Assembly (NCBI GenBank): GCA_000934665.2
Contig: JYFJ02003406.1
Location: 1 to 42,350, forward strand
Length of the DNA: 42,350 bases
DNA from: Catajapyx aquilonaris
Lineage: Eukaryota
Reading direction: 5' to 3'
This document shows, in pieces, positions 10,679 through 23,000 of the stretch (the first letter of the stretch is position 1; each line of letters opens with the position of its first letter). The notes beneath the pieces were generated by a model. The model saw only the letters and a list, made by a program, of their open reading frames with translations, did not search any database and was not told where the DNA came from. The position numbers and the translations under genes were made by a program.

Positions 10679-12729
10679 TGCATATGGATACTGCTGAAGT
10701 GCCTATTGTACAAATTGTTCATTGCATGTGAAAGTTGGATGGTTATGTGATTGTGGTCATTCTTATTTCAATTGCAGAGACACAGCAAACTGGATGGATG
10801 CACCAGAGTGGTTCGCAGGAAGCACCAGCAAGGAGAGAAGATATACTTCAAAGCACCGAGGAACGTGATTGGTGGCAGTTTCAGCAACCGCAAGTCCACC
10901 GAAGATTGCCACGGCCATAGTAACAGGGTTTCAAAAGGCAACCCCTTGTGTTTTACAGTGTGGCACAGCCTACGTATCCTTGGCTAAAATAATAACTTTC
11001 CTCATGCTGGAAATGTAATACTATATAAGCATCATGGAGGCCAGTGTTTTGAAAGGACTAATTGGGCTATACATTGGCCGAAAGCTGCACCTTCATTGGC
11101 TGAGTTTGCTCAGTCTACAGTGACAATCTGCTCTGCGTAATCAACAGAACTGCTATCCACTTTTCAGGAATTGTATGCACAAGTGAAATGTACGACTTGC
11201 AGCCGAGAAAGCAGAAGAGAATCTCTTCAACCTTCATTTACTCGCATTTACGCCCCATAATATTGCTGCTGCACGATAACTCTGGACTGGTCAGTTCAGC
11301 ATTCCCTGCCACCTCTATTTTAACAGTGGAAACATTTTTCTTCAGAAACGATGCGCCGTCATTTCGATGCACCTGTAAAGTGAAGTGATTCCGACAAATC
11401 TGAGTTGCACCTTATATGTTACACAAATTATGTCATGGTTTTCCAATTAAAACTGCAACTCATCTGAATGTTTGGTATCTTCCTCCTTTATTGCCCTCAG
11501 GACACAAAAAAAAAGGACGAGAGCAAATTGTTGAGATAATTAACGGCAGTCACAAGAGCTATTTTTCGTACTTTGTATAGCTACATCAGCGACACATACC
11601 CTGTATCTTAGTAATTAATACTTCACTTTTTTTTTAAATTGTATAAATGTTATCCGCACTTTTCGAAGTAAGACAGTCCATGTCGTCGTATTATGACCGT
11701 TTTCAACAATACAGCATTACAACAAAAATATCGTCAGTGTTCACAATACTTGTGTTGGGAACATGCCGTGCAAAAGACACGTGAAATAACATTTCAGAAA
11801 TTATTATTATGCTCAGAGTCTGATACTTAAAGACTCATCTTTATACTGGAACAGTTACTGCACGGCAATGTCCAACTCTATACAGTACTATCCACTTAAA
11901 TAACTTATAGTAACAAATAATGGTTAACATGCGAACAGTAAACAAAGACGGGATAATACTCTTTGAAGTCTTGGTTTTTTGGAGTTTATCGATCACGCAC
12001 ACACATTTCAGTCAGGCAACAGGAAAAATTGTGCCAAGTAACAGTTACCGAAAAAAGAGTCAACAGTTAAGACATGTATTGTAACCCACCAAAAAAAGGA
12101 AGCGTGAAGCGTGTTACGTTCAAGATTTTCAAAGTTGAGTTGATGTTAGGTTGAAATGGTTATAATACGTTTGTTAATTTCCGCACAAGATATGAGTGCT
12201 TTGGGTTACAGTAAAGCTTTAATGCGCATAGAACAGTGATGCAGTATAGTGTCTAAAAAAAAAATCTGGATTATATTGTACACTACAACTTCCTCATCGA
12301 TATACTCTGGACAAAATATAAACGTTCCCTGTTACATTTCATCTGAGTTCAGTTTTACGGGTGCGAGCCACCCATGTAATCATACGCAGTCATCCCTTTT
12401 ATTTGGGCAAAAATTGGACACCATAGCATTTCGTACAGCTGCGAAAAGCACAGTATTTTGGGAGGTGGCAAAAAGATGTCAAGCGGCAAAAGGCACCTTC
12501 TTGCTTAAACCTGCAGTCTAATATTTCAAAGAAATCAGAAAGCGGCACGGACATGTTTTACTCAGAGAAACGTAGTGATTGTGTGTAGGATATGAAAGTG
12601 AAGCCAAGAAGTCTTATGGGCGATATTCCAGTAACGACTTACTGTTTAATTGAAATCATTCCACCTGATATATTGTTTGTATTTATCACAAAAGGTCAGT
12701 TTTATGGTTGTAACACAACTACTGCGGAG

Positions 12730-12831
12730 TTCATGCCATGTTAACTTGATCAGGTGAAGCGTTCTATCATTCATACATTGCAATGTACGAATGATGGAAA
12801 GCTTCACCTGATCAGGTTAATGTGGCATGAA
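12730..12831. repeat. About 100-bp spacerless imperfect palindrome
   Basis: 12731-12780 is the reverse complement of 12781-12830 with 6 mismatches in 50. Confidence 0.95.
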
Positions 12832-13589
12832 AGCTTCATGTAACAAGTGGTATTATTGTCACTACATCTAACAGCCCGCCTACAAATGAACTCTAGTGCA
12901 CATCTCTCACTCCGAGTAAAGACAAGGACACATTGTTTGAACATGTACTCAAGAATGTTAAGAGAGCTTCGTAAAGTTTTAAAAAGTCAGAAGATATGGT
13001 ACAGCAGTCAGATGAAAGGTTTTTAATAAAACGTTGAGCATGATGATGAGCCAAACTTAAAACGGGCCATTTCACTTATTCATTATAGTGACAATTTTTT
13101 GGGGTTCAAAACCATAATCTAGCCTTCTCCATATGATATCTCTCATTCATTCCTTCACACTTACCAAAAAAATGATTTATTAAAAAATTAAAAGATAGAG
13201 AGCCCCCTTCGTTGCACTCACACGTTCAGCTCACACGACGAGGCAGCGTGAGCAGGGCGGAAAATAAAAATACTCTAGCCTACAATTGCTACTCAAAAAA
13301 TATGCCAATCCCTATCACATCACAACGTTGTCAGGCACATAAAAACTACACACTAAAACAACTTGTCCGGTTTTTGCTGCGTTGTCAATCACTAAAAATG
13401 AACTTCTTCAGACGCTACAGCCTGGAAGAGAAAAATAATAATAACAATAACAACTCCTTGAAATGTGACAATAACTGAGAAGCAGAAAATAAACTCACAT
13501 TGTTGGTATGAACGAATGTAACTGTTAATATAATATTACTATTAAATACAATATCCCTTTATCACTGACTACCCCTTATAGGGATATGT

Positions 13590-13870
13590 TGTGATGTTAA
13601 ATACCGTACAATATATTAAAATAAATAAAATAAAATATAACTAATATAATATAATATATAACTAATATAATATATATATAACTATAATATAATGAAACGA
13701 ATATAATATAATAAAACTAATAAAATATTTATATTTTATTAGTTTTATTATTATATTCGTTTCATTCGATTATATTTGGCATTATAATGCAAAATATAAT
13801 CGATAAAATAAAATATTACTGATAAAATATAATGCTGTAGGATAACTAATCTTGCATATATATATATAAA
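13590..13870. repeat. AT-rich low-complexity tract
   Basis: Almost pure A/T with repeated ATATAACTA(A)TATAAT units. Confidence 0.7.
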
Positions 13871-14092
13871 GGCAAAGTTTGTTTGTTTGTTTGTTTGTTT
13901 GCTCATGGCAACGGCTCTCCATGGCAACTGGTTACAGAGCATCATTAGGAAAAACTTGGCATTTGCAACGCATTTGTTCAGAGTCGAATTTAGTTCCTGC
14001 TTCTCACTGGCATGTGTATACAAATGGGTACTAACTGCACGAGGTCAATCGGTGGCAGGGGTCATCATCAGTTGAGGTCACATTCCTTTTTG

Positions 14093-17000
14093 TTAGAGTA
14101 GGACGCAAAGAGTACCGTGGCAACCACCAGGCAGCAGCGGATGGGTGGAGATGTTAGATGTGGGTAAGAAAGGGACTTTGGTTGCATTCCTCCGAAGGTG
14201 AGTGTTCACTGATGACAAAAAATAAGTGTTGTCGGTTCATGCAGGGTGTCACTACACAAAATAATTATCAATTGGTGGTATCTAACAACCACCTGTCCCC
14301 ACATTCACAAAAAAATTGTTAACGGGGAGTTATTGATAACAACAAAAAACTACCAGTAGTTGTTGTTGCTCCGGTTGATGGAAAGAGGAGATATCTACTT
14401 GGGTTAATAAGTCTCACCTGAGAGCTTGCTACTGCTTAGTGAGGCATCAGATAAGCGCACCTGGTTGCCGGCGGAGGTCAACACCAGGGTCGACTCTCTT
14501 CGGGGATTAGCCATTTCTTGGAGAGGGTACCAATGGGGCTGCTCGTCCAGCACGTTCGGATCTGGAAATTACAAGCAAATTAAAGCTCGCCATATAATTA
14601 TGATATAAAAAATACAAACGTGCGGGTTTCGGACTTTTCTCTCAATCAACGGCATCAGTGTGCCCAGTGTCAGCACTCTCAGTAGTGTGAAAGTGTGTTA
14701 GGTAACCCGGACATACAAACTCACTCATTTATAAATATCGAGACTGGATCAAATCCTACATTTTGGGCATTAGGACTCAAAAGTGGTTAGTTTTGGGACT
14801 TTTTCCCACAATGTGCCACTCTCAGTAGTCCGAAAGTGGGTTAGGTAACCCGGACACACAGACAAATTTTTATGCTTTATTATGTAAGGTATAAATTGTG
14901 CCACTCCGATGGAAATTTCTTTCAACCATAACCTTATGACCATCGTCTATAGTTTACTCATAAGTGTTTACGCCATACATATGTGACATGTGATAATAAT
15001 TTTAGAAACCTTCCAAATGCCACTTACCAGCCAGATCTAGCACCACTTCTCCCAGGAACTCGTTGGGTTTGTAGATGTCGTGACTCCAGGCAGTGACTTC
15101 CAGATAACGTTTCTTCAAATCCTCCTGTCGTATGTTGGGATAAACCATGGTCTGGTTCCACTCTGGCTCACTGATGCGGTTGAAGTACCTGGTGCGTCTC
15201 TGGTTCTCAACCCTGTACAGAGAGGTGTGTACATTACCAGAACATTGACTTAGGTCAGTGAGAGACATACGTTCTTCCAGGCAGGAGGTACACCTTGATG
15301 AAAGGATCAGGCCTGGAGTCGCCATCGTCTCTGGATATCATCAGACCTCTGGCTTGCAACACAGTCACGTACAGTATGAGAGCTCTCATATCATAACACA
15401 CCTGAAGATGTATTTCGCCCAGTGGGAAACAAGCTGCTCTCAGCACCTGAATCAAAACAAATGATCAAATAGCACTGATCACCACATTAAACATTTTTTT
15501 CACTTGCCCTCTCATGAGATGACCTCCGTTCCATGGTGCTTTCAGTGGATCTCGGTGGCCTCTCTGCTGGTTGGGAATGAGATGAACCTGGCCTAGAAGG
15601 CGGTTGGGACGAGGCCATTCTGCCTACTGGAGATGAATCTCGATCTGGAGATGTCCTAGGCGAATGGAGACACCGGAAGCTGCTTCCGTCCTCATCCAGA
15701 CATGGAGGAGGCCTGGCTCTCAGCAAGGACTGCCGGTGGCCCATTTCCAAGGAGGACTGCCGGTGACCCACTTCCAAGGAGGACTGCCGGTGACCCACTT
15801 CCAAGGAGGACTGCCGGTGACCCATTTCCATGGAGGACTGACGATGACCCATGTCCAGAGGCGAACAGCCGTCTGCTCCTTGGCAGCCTTTACCTAAGTG
15901 CAGGTGAGATTTGTAGTAAACTGGAGCATTTGACTGGCTAACTGTGCCATTAAAATTTTTAATGAGCGATAATAGGGACACTTTATTTGTAACAGAGGTC
16001 ACAATAATTGAATACTAACTTGGTTCGCAATCTCCTGAGTCAAATGATGAGTCTTTGATTCCCGAAGCTCCAGCACCTGAAGATCCTTGGTGTCTGTTGC
16101 AGCTGTTTCCGTTGATGTCGATATGGTTGTTGTTGTAGAGGTCACTGCCTCGACGGACGTGACCTTTCCTGGGCGGTTTGGACGGGGGTGTCACTTTTCC
16201 GGTGACCACGTTGAATCCACTGCGGGTCACAAAGAGTGTGAATCACTTGCAACGGAAAAAAATGGTGCAATTAACGTACCTGCGAATTATAATCTCGATT
16301 TCACCTTCGGATTGAGACACGATTTGCTGAACTTCCTCGAACGTCTTGTCGGTCAAAGGTACTCCATTCCACTCCAACACTTGATCCCCTGTCGATTTGG
16401 GCAACAAAACATATCCAGTGAGTGACCCCTTTTGAACTGCGACCCCCCTTTTCCCGCCCAATTTCCTGTACCTTCTTTAACTTCTCCTAAAGTTTCGACT
16501 ACTCCTCCTGGGTATATTTTGGACACATAGGCCCCCATATGACCCGGTGACCCCGGGATTTCCTTTCCACCGATCACCTTCATGCCCAATCCATTACCTA
16601 CAAGAAAGGGTCGTCGGCCTAAAGACAAACACAGACCGAGGGGTTACGACGCAATTCCAAAAACTCAACAATAAAATTTAAAATCAGAATAATTAATAAA
16701 CGCTGTAGTAATGAAAAAGTCAGACGTGTACAACTACTTCTGTTGTTAATGAGGTATAATAGGGCACTAAAGCACACATTTATTAAAGTCTAGCTAAAAA
16801 AAGTTACAGTTAACGTCTACTTATACTCTACCTAATGACGTGTGATCCACATTGATAGTGACAATAACACTTTTCTAGCTACATTATGCAGTAGTGTTAC
16901 AAAACTAACATGACACAATTTGCTGAAATAATGTCTACCCTTTAAAGAGGTGGTCCTGTACATTTAAATGCAACATATTTTGTTTTTGTTGTTGTCGACT

Positions 17001-20000
17001 TACCCGTTGTTTCAGCAGAAGGTCACATAATATGCTCGATATGCTAAAAATAACAATTCTCTATGCAACATAACGATTAAGCTGAGAATACTAATTATTT
17101 TAAATGCATTAAATCTCACATTGTCCATTCTCCAAAAAAAAAAACATTATCATTCTGTAACTTGATAATAACAGTTTGGTCCACTGCACTATGGTCAAGC
17201 TTGCCAATATTTGCATTCAATCCTCTCACTTTGTCACGACAATAACGGCCATTGTTGTGAAGACTGTTTCAAGGCTATGGTTGAATAAAGGCCAACATTT
17301 ATGCGCTGCTTATGATAAAATTTTAAGGGCTGACATTTATAAGGACATTACAATAAGTTTTTCGGTTTTACATAAGCTATAAGTGCTTCAAGTAAAATTT
17401 CCAACTCTCCATGAAAGAAATTCTGCCACGACATTGATATGATTTCCAAGCCTATAGACTACATAATAGCAGATATCTGTATAGAAAGTGCCCTTATAAT
17501 ATTCTCAACCCTTTTGAAACACATGTATTGCTGGTTGTGGGAATTAACTCCCTTTTTGCCAAGACCATGTGCACCAAAAAAAATGTCAATTACTGCAATA
17601 AGAGTATGACGTAGAAGACTAGGATATAATTGCATAGAAACATTAATCTAAAATTTTTGAAATCTCACAATATGCAGAAAGCACCTTTTTCGAAACATGT
17701 TAAACTACTTGTAAATAATGCACTGTGAACATAATGGGTCAAAATGTTTGGCACCAAAATGCTTAACGATATTATTGTACGAAGTGCAAACCACATAAAT
17801 ATTATTGTCGACTTCAGAATATTTTTATAATGGCAATAATTGCTCACGTTCAAAACAATTTGTTCTACACTTTACAGTATATATTCCAAATTAATTTTAT
17901 GGGCACTATGCCATTATGTCTACAATTTTTATAGTATTGGCCAACGGTAAATACATGTGGTTTACCCCCTATAGGTGCATATGGAAAAAAGGCTGAAAAT
18001 CCACTACATTAATGTGTAGGAAATGTCTCATTTTTGTCCGGTGACAGTGTCTAGTGATATGTCCCCATTTGTGACATGATGGAACTCGGACGCCATTTGA
18101 AGGCAGGCAGATCTCACTTATCGAGTTTTCGGGATAAACTCAAGTAGCAGCTCAGTAAACTGTCGAATGGGGAGTCATCCAGTCGGGCGGCTGATGATCA
18201 CTCAGCCCTGCAAAATGAGGATAATAGCAGGTTTGCCTCTATTTTTCTGTTTTCTTACTTCGGTGGAAGCAAACTATTTTAAATGTCAAAAAATATCCAA
18301 GGGTGTGATATCAAGCAAGAAAATATCAAAGATATTACGCCACACCCAAAACATTCCCACATCTATACTTTACTGGGCTCTACTGCAAGTGTCCGAGTTC
18401 CATTGTGTATTTTTTTTTAATTATATCAATTTTTGCATTTTTTTTTTTTGCAAATTTGTGAGTGACTCAAAGTGAAGAGCTGTTGGTCTTACCCCCAACC
18501 GAACGGTCCTTTGGGTCTCTAGTGAGGAGAATTCTTTTTACAGGAAACTGGTACTTCGGCGCTGAGTGCTGTAGATCGGGTGTCTGCAAAAAGATATCGG
18601 AAAACGAAACATTGGGGATGAATTTTTTTGGATGATTTACATTTTTTTTTGGGCGCGCGACTTTTTTTTGTGTAAATGATAACAGTTAGCGTACGTGAAG
18701 CTGTTTGGATGAAGAAGAGTAATCAATCTTCATACCGCATGCAGCTCATGCGCAATGGAGCGTTACGGAGCAAGTACAAAGAGTAAGTAATATGATTACA
18801 CTCTAATTTGCTCGCACACTGGAACTGATTGAATTTACGTGTACATAACAATATGGCGCATCTACAGGGTGTTCGATAATTTGTCGCAATTTTGTAATTT
18901 GTATCCAATCTGAATTTTTATGGACATCTAATAATCGCACATATAATCAGAATTTATTGAAATATTTATGATGCATGTCCACATTTTTTTGGCCTTCAGT
19001 ACAACAATATAGGATAATTCTAACCATCCTTTCTGAAGATGGTGTTCCAGTGTGCTGAACAAGAAATACACAACTTACTTTGAGTACAGCCACAAAATTG
19101 TGCGGCTTGGATCGATCTGTGAGAGTCCCTCCGCTACATCTGTGCAAAATTTTATAGTTCAAAAACTTTTAGTTCAGTATAAGTAGAAGGCATTACAGCA
19201 TGACCTGCAGCGTCAAAATAATTTCATGTCAAGCTGGGTCAACTGATGAAGATTTAATGCACAAACCCGGATTTTTAACAATGTGTTAAAGACACTGCAT
19301 AATAGAAATCATTAATAAAAATACAATCAGGCTAATATCACATCAAAATATATATTTTTTTCTCTCAAAAGTATATAAGTGAACACAATAAAGTTAAGCA
19401 ACGGCTGAACCTATTTATTTGATGAAAAAAAGCATTTAATATTTTTTTTCTGCACACGTAGCAACAACATGGGCCCCTAACAGTCATTAAAAATAATCCA
19501 AAGGCAGCTTACGTTCTTACTTGCGCTTTCTTGGGTTGGCCTGAACCGTTATTGGGATGGACCCCTTTTGAGGAGGACTTTGGGGTTGAGGAAGAGGTCA
19601 CCTGCTTTCGGCTGCTGCCCCCCAGAGTCCCGTAGTCATCAGTGTAGGACGAGCCATGTTGGCTTTTGACCACCATTGGGTCACCGCAATAGCGCTGCTG
19701 ATGACCTGGATAAGGATTTCGAATCTGACGTCAGACTGGCTGCAAACCCAAAGTCAAAACTGCATTTCTGCATAGAAGGGGGGGGGGAGATAATATAAAA
19801 ATGTGGTTAAAGTAAATAAAATTATATTGGGGGGGAAATAGGAGAGGTTAAAAAAAATATTTACTGTGCTCAGCTATGCTGAAATTAAATAGAGCCTATG
19901 TGTGCGCGACGCTAGTGAGTTCTAATAAAGCTTGGCGTGTTAAAAAGTGATTGTTAAAAGTTAGTCAACTTTTCTATAATTTTTTTTTTTGAAAGTATGA

Positions 20001-23000
20001 AGCGCTCTGAGTTAAAGGAAAGTTACAAAAACTCACCTTTACTGCGCGAAAAATAATCGATTGTTGAATTGTTCAGAATCTGAGCAAACTCACATAATAT
20101 TTAAATATTTATTCTACCCATTATGTAGGCTTATATACCCAGATATTAATTTTTTTAAATGGCAATATGAGTATATATTAATTAAATTATTATTGTTTGA
20201 ATTTCTAGAATGTGTGAATCCATGCGTGTTATTTATTAATTTAAGGACAAAATTGTTTGCCTTTTATGTCTGGTACATTTTTGCGCTGTTTTGCTCAGAT
20301 GCTCAACAATTAGCTGCAATTATTCCATGCATACTGAAACCTTATAGATCCCTACTGTTGCATGCAGCTCGGTAGCAGTGCATTACCATGGTTTGAAATA
20401 ATTATATATTATTTTAAGGATGACTTGCAAATTTGAAATCATGGTAATTAACTGCATGTGCAATCTATATGTGCGCCCCAGTTGTCATTTAAAGAAGGGT
20501 CATTTTTTAAAAATCTGTCAGTCACCACTTCCCCACCCCCGCTTTGTTATATTATATAAAAACAAACTAACAAAAAAGTATAAAAGCATCAGGCCAAACG
20601 TGGGGCAACCAACCATTCAAAGCAACACTACGCACAAGACGACAAAGCAGCATCACAATTAACAGATAGAGAAAAAAAAATTAAACAAATAACTGGAACG
20701 ATGGAGTTATCCAAAAAAAGATTTGGGTTAAATTTAGGAACATTTGGAAAAGGTTTGATAGAAAAATAGGTGCGGAATTAGAATATTTTGGATTTTTTTT
20801 TTCTCTTTTGTTCTCTTTTTTTTCGTATTTCGGGATTGTGCAATGAAACGCAAGGCCATCGGTTCTTCGCAAAGTTTTAATGAGGAACATCGTCATACAT
20901 GCAGCCTGAACAACAAGGTTAACATGTAAGCAGTGAGCATGCAGGAGAAGAATGACTTGTGGTGGTGCATAACCGCCATTTCTCATATATATTTTTTTTC
21001 ACAATATTATGCATATTTTTTTTGTTCTCTCTGAACGTCCCTCTGCAGAGACTTGGAATTGGCGGTACCGGCAGCAGCTTCGTATGACTTTGGAAAAATT
21101 AAAGGTCAAAGGGTCGGGTCAGGGTCAGGGAAATTATGAAGAGGAGGATCACACGATGCACTTTCCGTACTTTTTTTTTTTGAAATGTTATTTTTTTTAG
21201 CCTATATGCATCTGCTGCCACATGACTTGGTAAGGCACGATGTCTTTTCGTTTTCCTCCGGCTGTAATAATATTATGTACAGGGAAGCAGAATTGTTAGG
21301 TTAACAGTGATGATAAAACAGTGATAACAGCCTCACGACGATATGAAGAGGATATAAATCGGGATTAGTTTTTTTTTTTTTTNNNNNGGGGGGGGTTGGG
21401 TTTTAAGGATTGGTGAAAAGACTACCGGTTTTAAATCGCGTATCCACCTGCGAAGAGAATGGATATCGTGAGGATCTTTTTTTTTCGTTTTGAGGGAATA
21501 AAGAGGGGGTGTTCAGAAGAATGATGGATCATTATTATACTTTTTTTTTTACTATTTTCATTTGTTGCCGTGGGTTTTTGAGGCCCACTTTCTTCGCTTA
21601 CATGACGCAGGACACACAACACGTAACCAGACCAGCCACATTCCAAGAGAGAAAGAGCGAGCCAGCGAGACAAAAAAGAGAGGAGACAGATACAGAAGAC
21701 CTGGGTGGGCAAGACCGGTGTTAAAAAGGTCACTTTTTTTTTAAAAAAAAGCAAATAATTGCATAATGCCTTAACTGCATGTACATGGTGTTAGTACAGT
21801 AGGTGCAAACAGTTGAAGCATTAAGACAATGAAAACTTGATTTTTAGCATGATCAGTACTGGATACATTGTTGCAATTTGTCAGGTAATTCTGATAGTGC
21901 TAAAAATCAAGTCTTCACGCATTATTGACAGTGAAACAATATGTGCAATCATACCGGTCCATCAATTATTGTTATGTCTTCAGGTCAGACAGAAAAATAA
22001 TAAACAATGCAAGTGAGGTAGAGACGAAAGTGGAAGACAAGAAGGGAGGAAAAAAAAATAAACAAACAAGAAGAGAGAAAGAGAGAGGCCGTTCATATGA
22101 CAATAGGCACATACGTAAGAGCCGAGTGCAAGGTGCGATCAAGGAAGGGAGGTCAGGGGTCAAAGGTTAAAGAGTACACATCAAAACACTGCACACACGC
22201 ACCACCAAAATCAGCCGACCGCCACCAAAGCCATGTTTCCTATAACAGCAGTTATTATAATCGTGGTCTCTCTCTTTCTCTCACAAATATTATTTTTTTG
22301 ATTTTAATCATTCTTGTGGGGGGTGGGGGAGTGGCGTCAATTTTTTTATGTCTTCCTTTTTTATTATTTCGTGGGGTCTTGGTTATTTCAAGCATTCTTT
22401 TGCTGCATTTTTTTTTTTTTGGAAAAGTGACACGGAGCTAACTTTTTTGGTTTTTTAAAAATCATTGTTGGACATTGCAGTTTTGGGGGATTTGGAATTA
22501 AAACACGGAGATAAATTCAGCCATTTTTTTGTACGTGCATTGTTATTGCTGACTTGGGGAAGTTTCCCTCATTGACTTGAGTCTTTTGCTTTAAAAACTT
22601 GGCATCATGGTGTCAGGAAAGGAGAGTTAGAGAGTGTCTTTTTTTATTGTTGCAGAGAGATCGGTGACGTGGCTGATTTTACCTCATGCTGGGCCGCTAC
22701 ATTGTTAGTTAATTTCTGCAATTGAAAGCGCTTCCTGCAAAATGTTAACTGTTGTGCTTTTATATAGAGTGTACTGTTTAATAATTGGACTAAAAAGTAA
22801 AATGAAACGAATATTTTTTTGTACTGTGTCGGACCTACAACAACATCGTTACATTGCAGCATATAAAAGGCCTATCGGTTTACAGAGGTTGACCTCTACA
22901 AGATTGTAAAAATATATATTGCTAATAGAGCCTGTGGAAAGTAAGGGAATCAAAATTTTTTGTATATTACTTTTCTAACAGGAAGAGAAACAACGGTCAA

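Noticed and set aside
10974..10982. GTATCCTT resembling a second U12 donor
   Set aside because: No convincing U12 branch site or downstream exon found.
15721..15856. Regular repeats resembling a CRISPR array
   Set aside because: No unique spacers, in-frame coding repeat, eukaryotic context, no cas genes.
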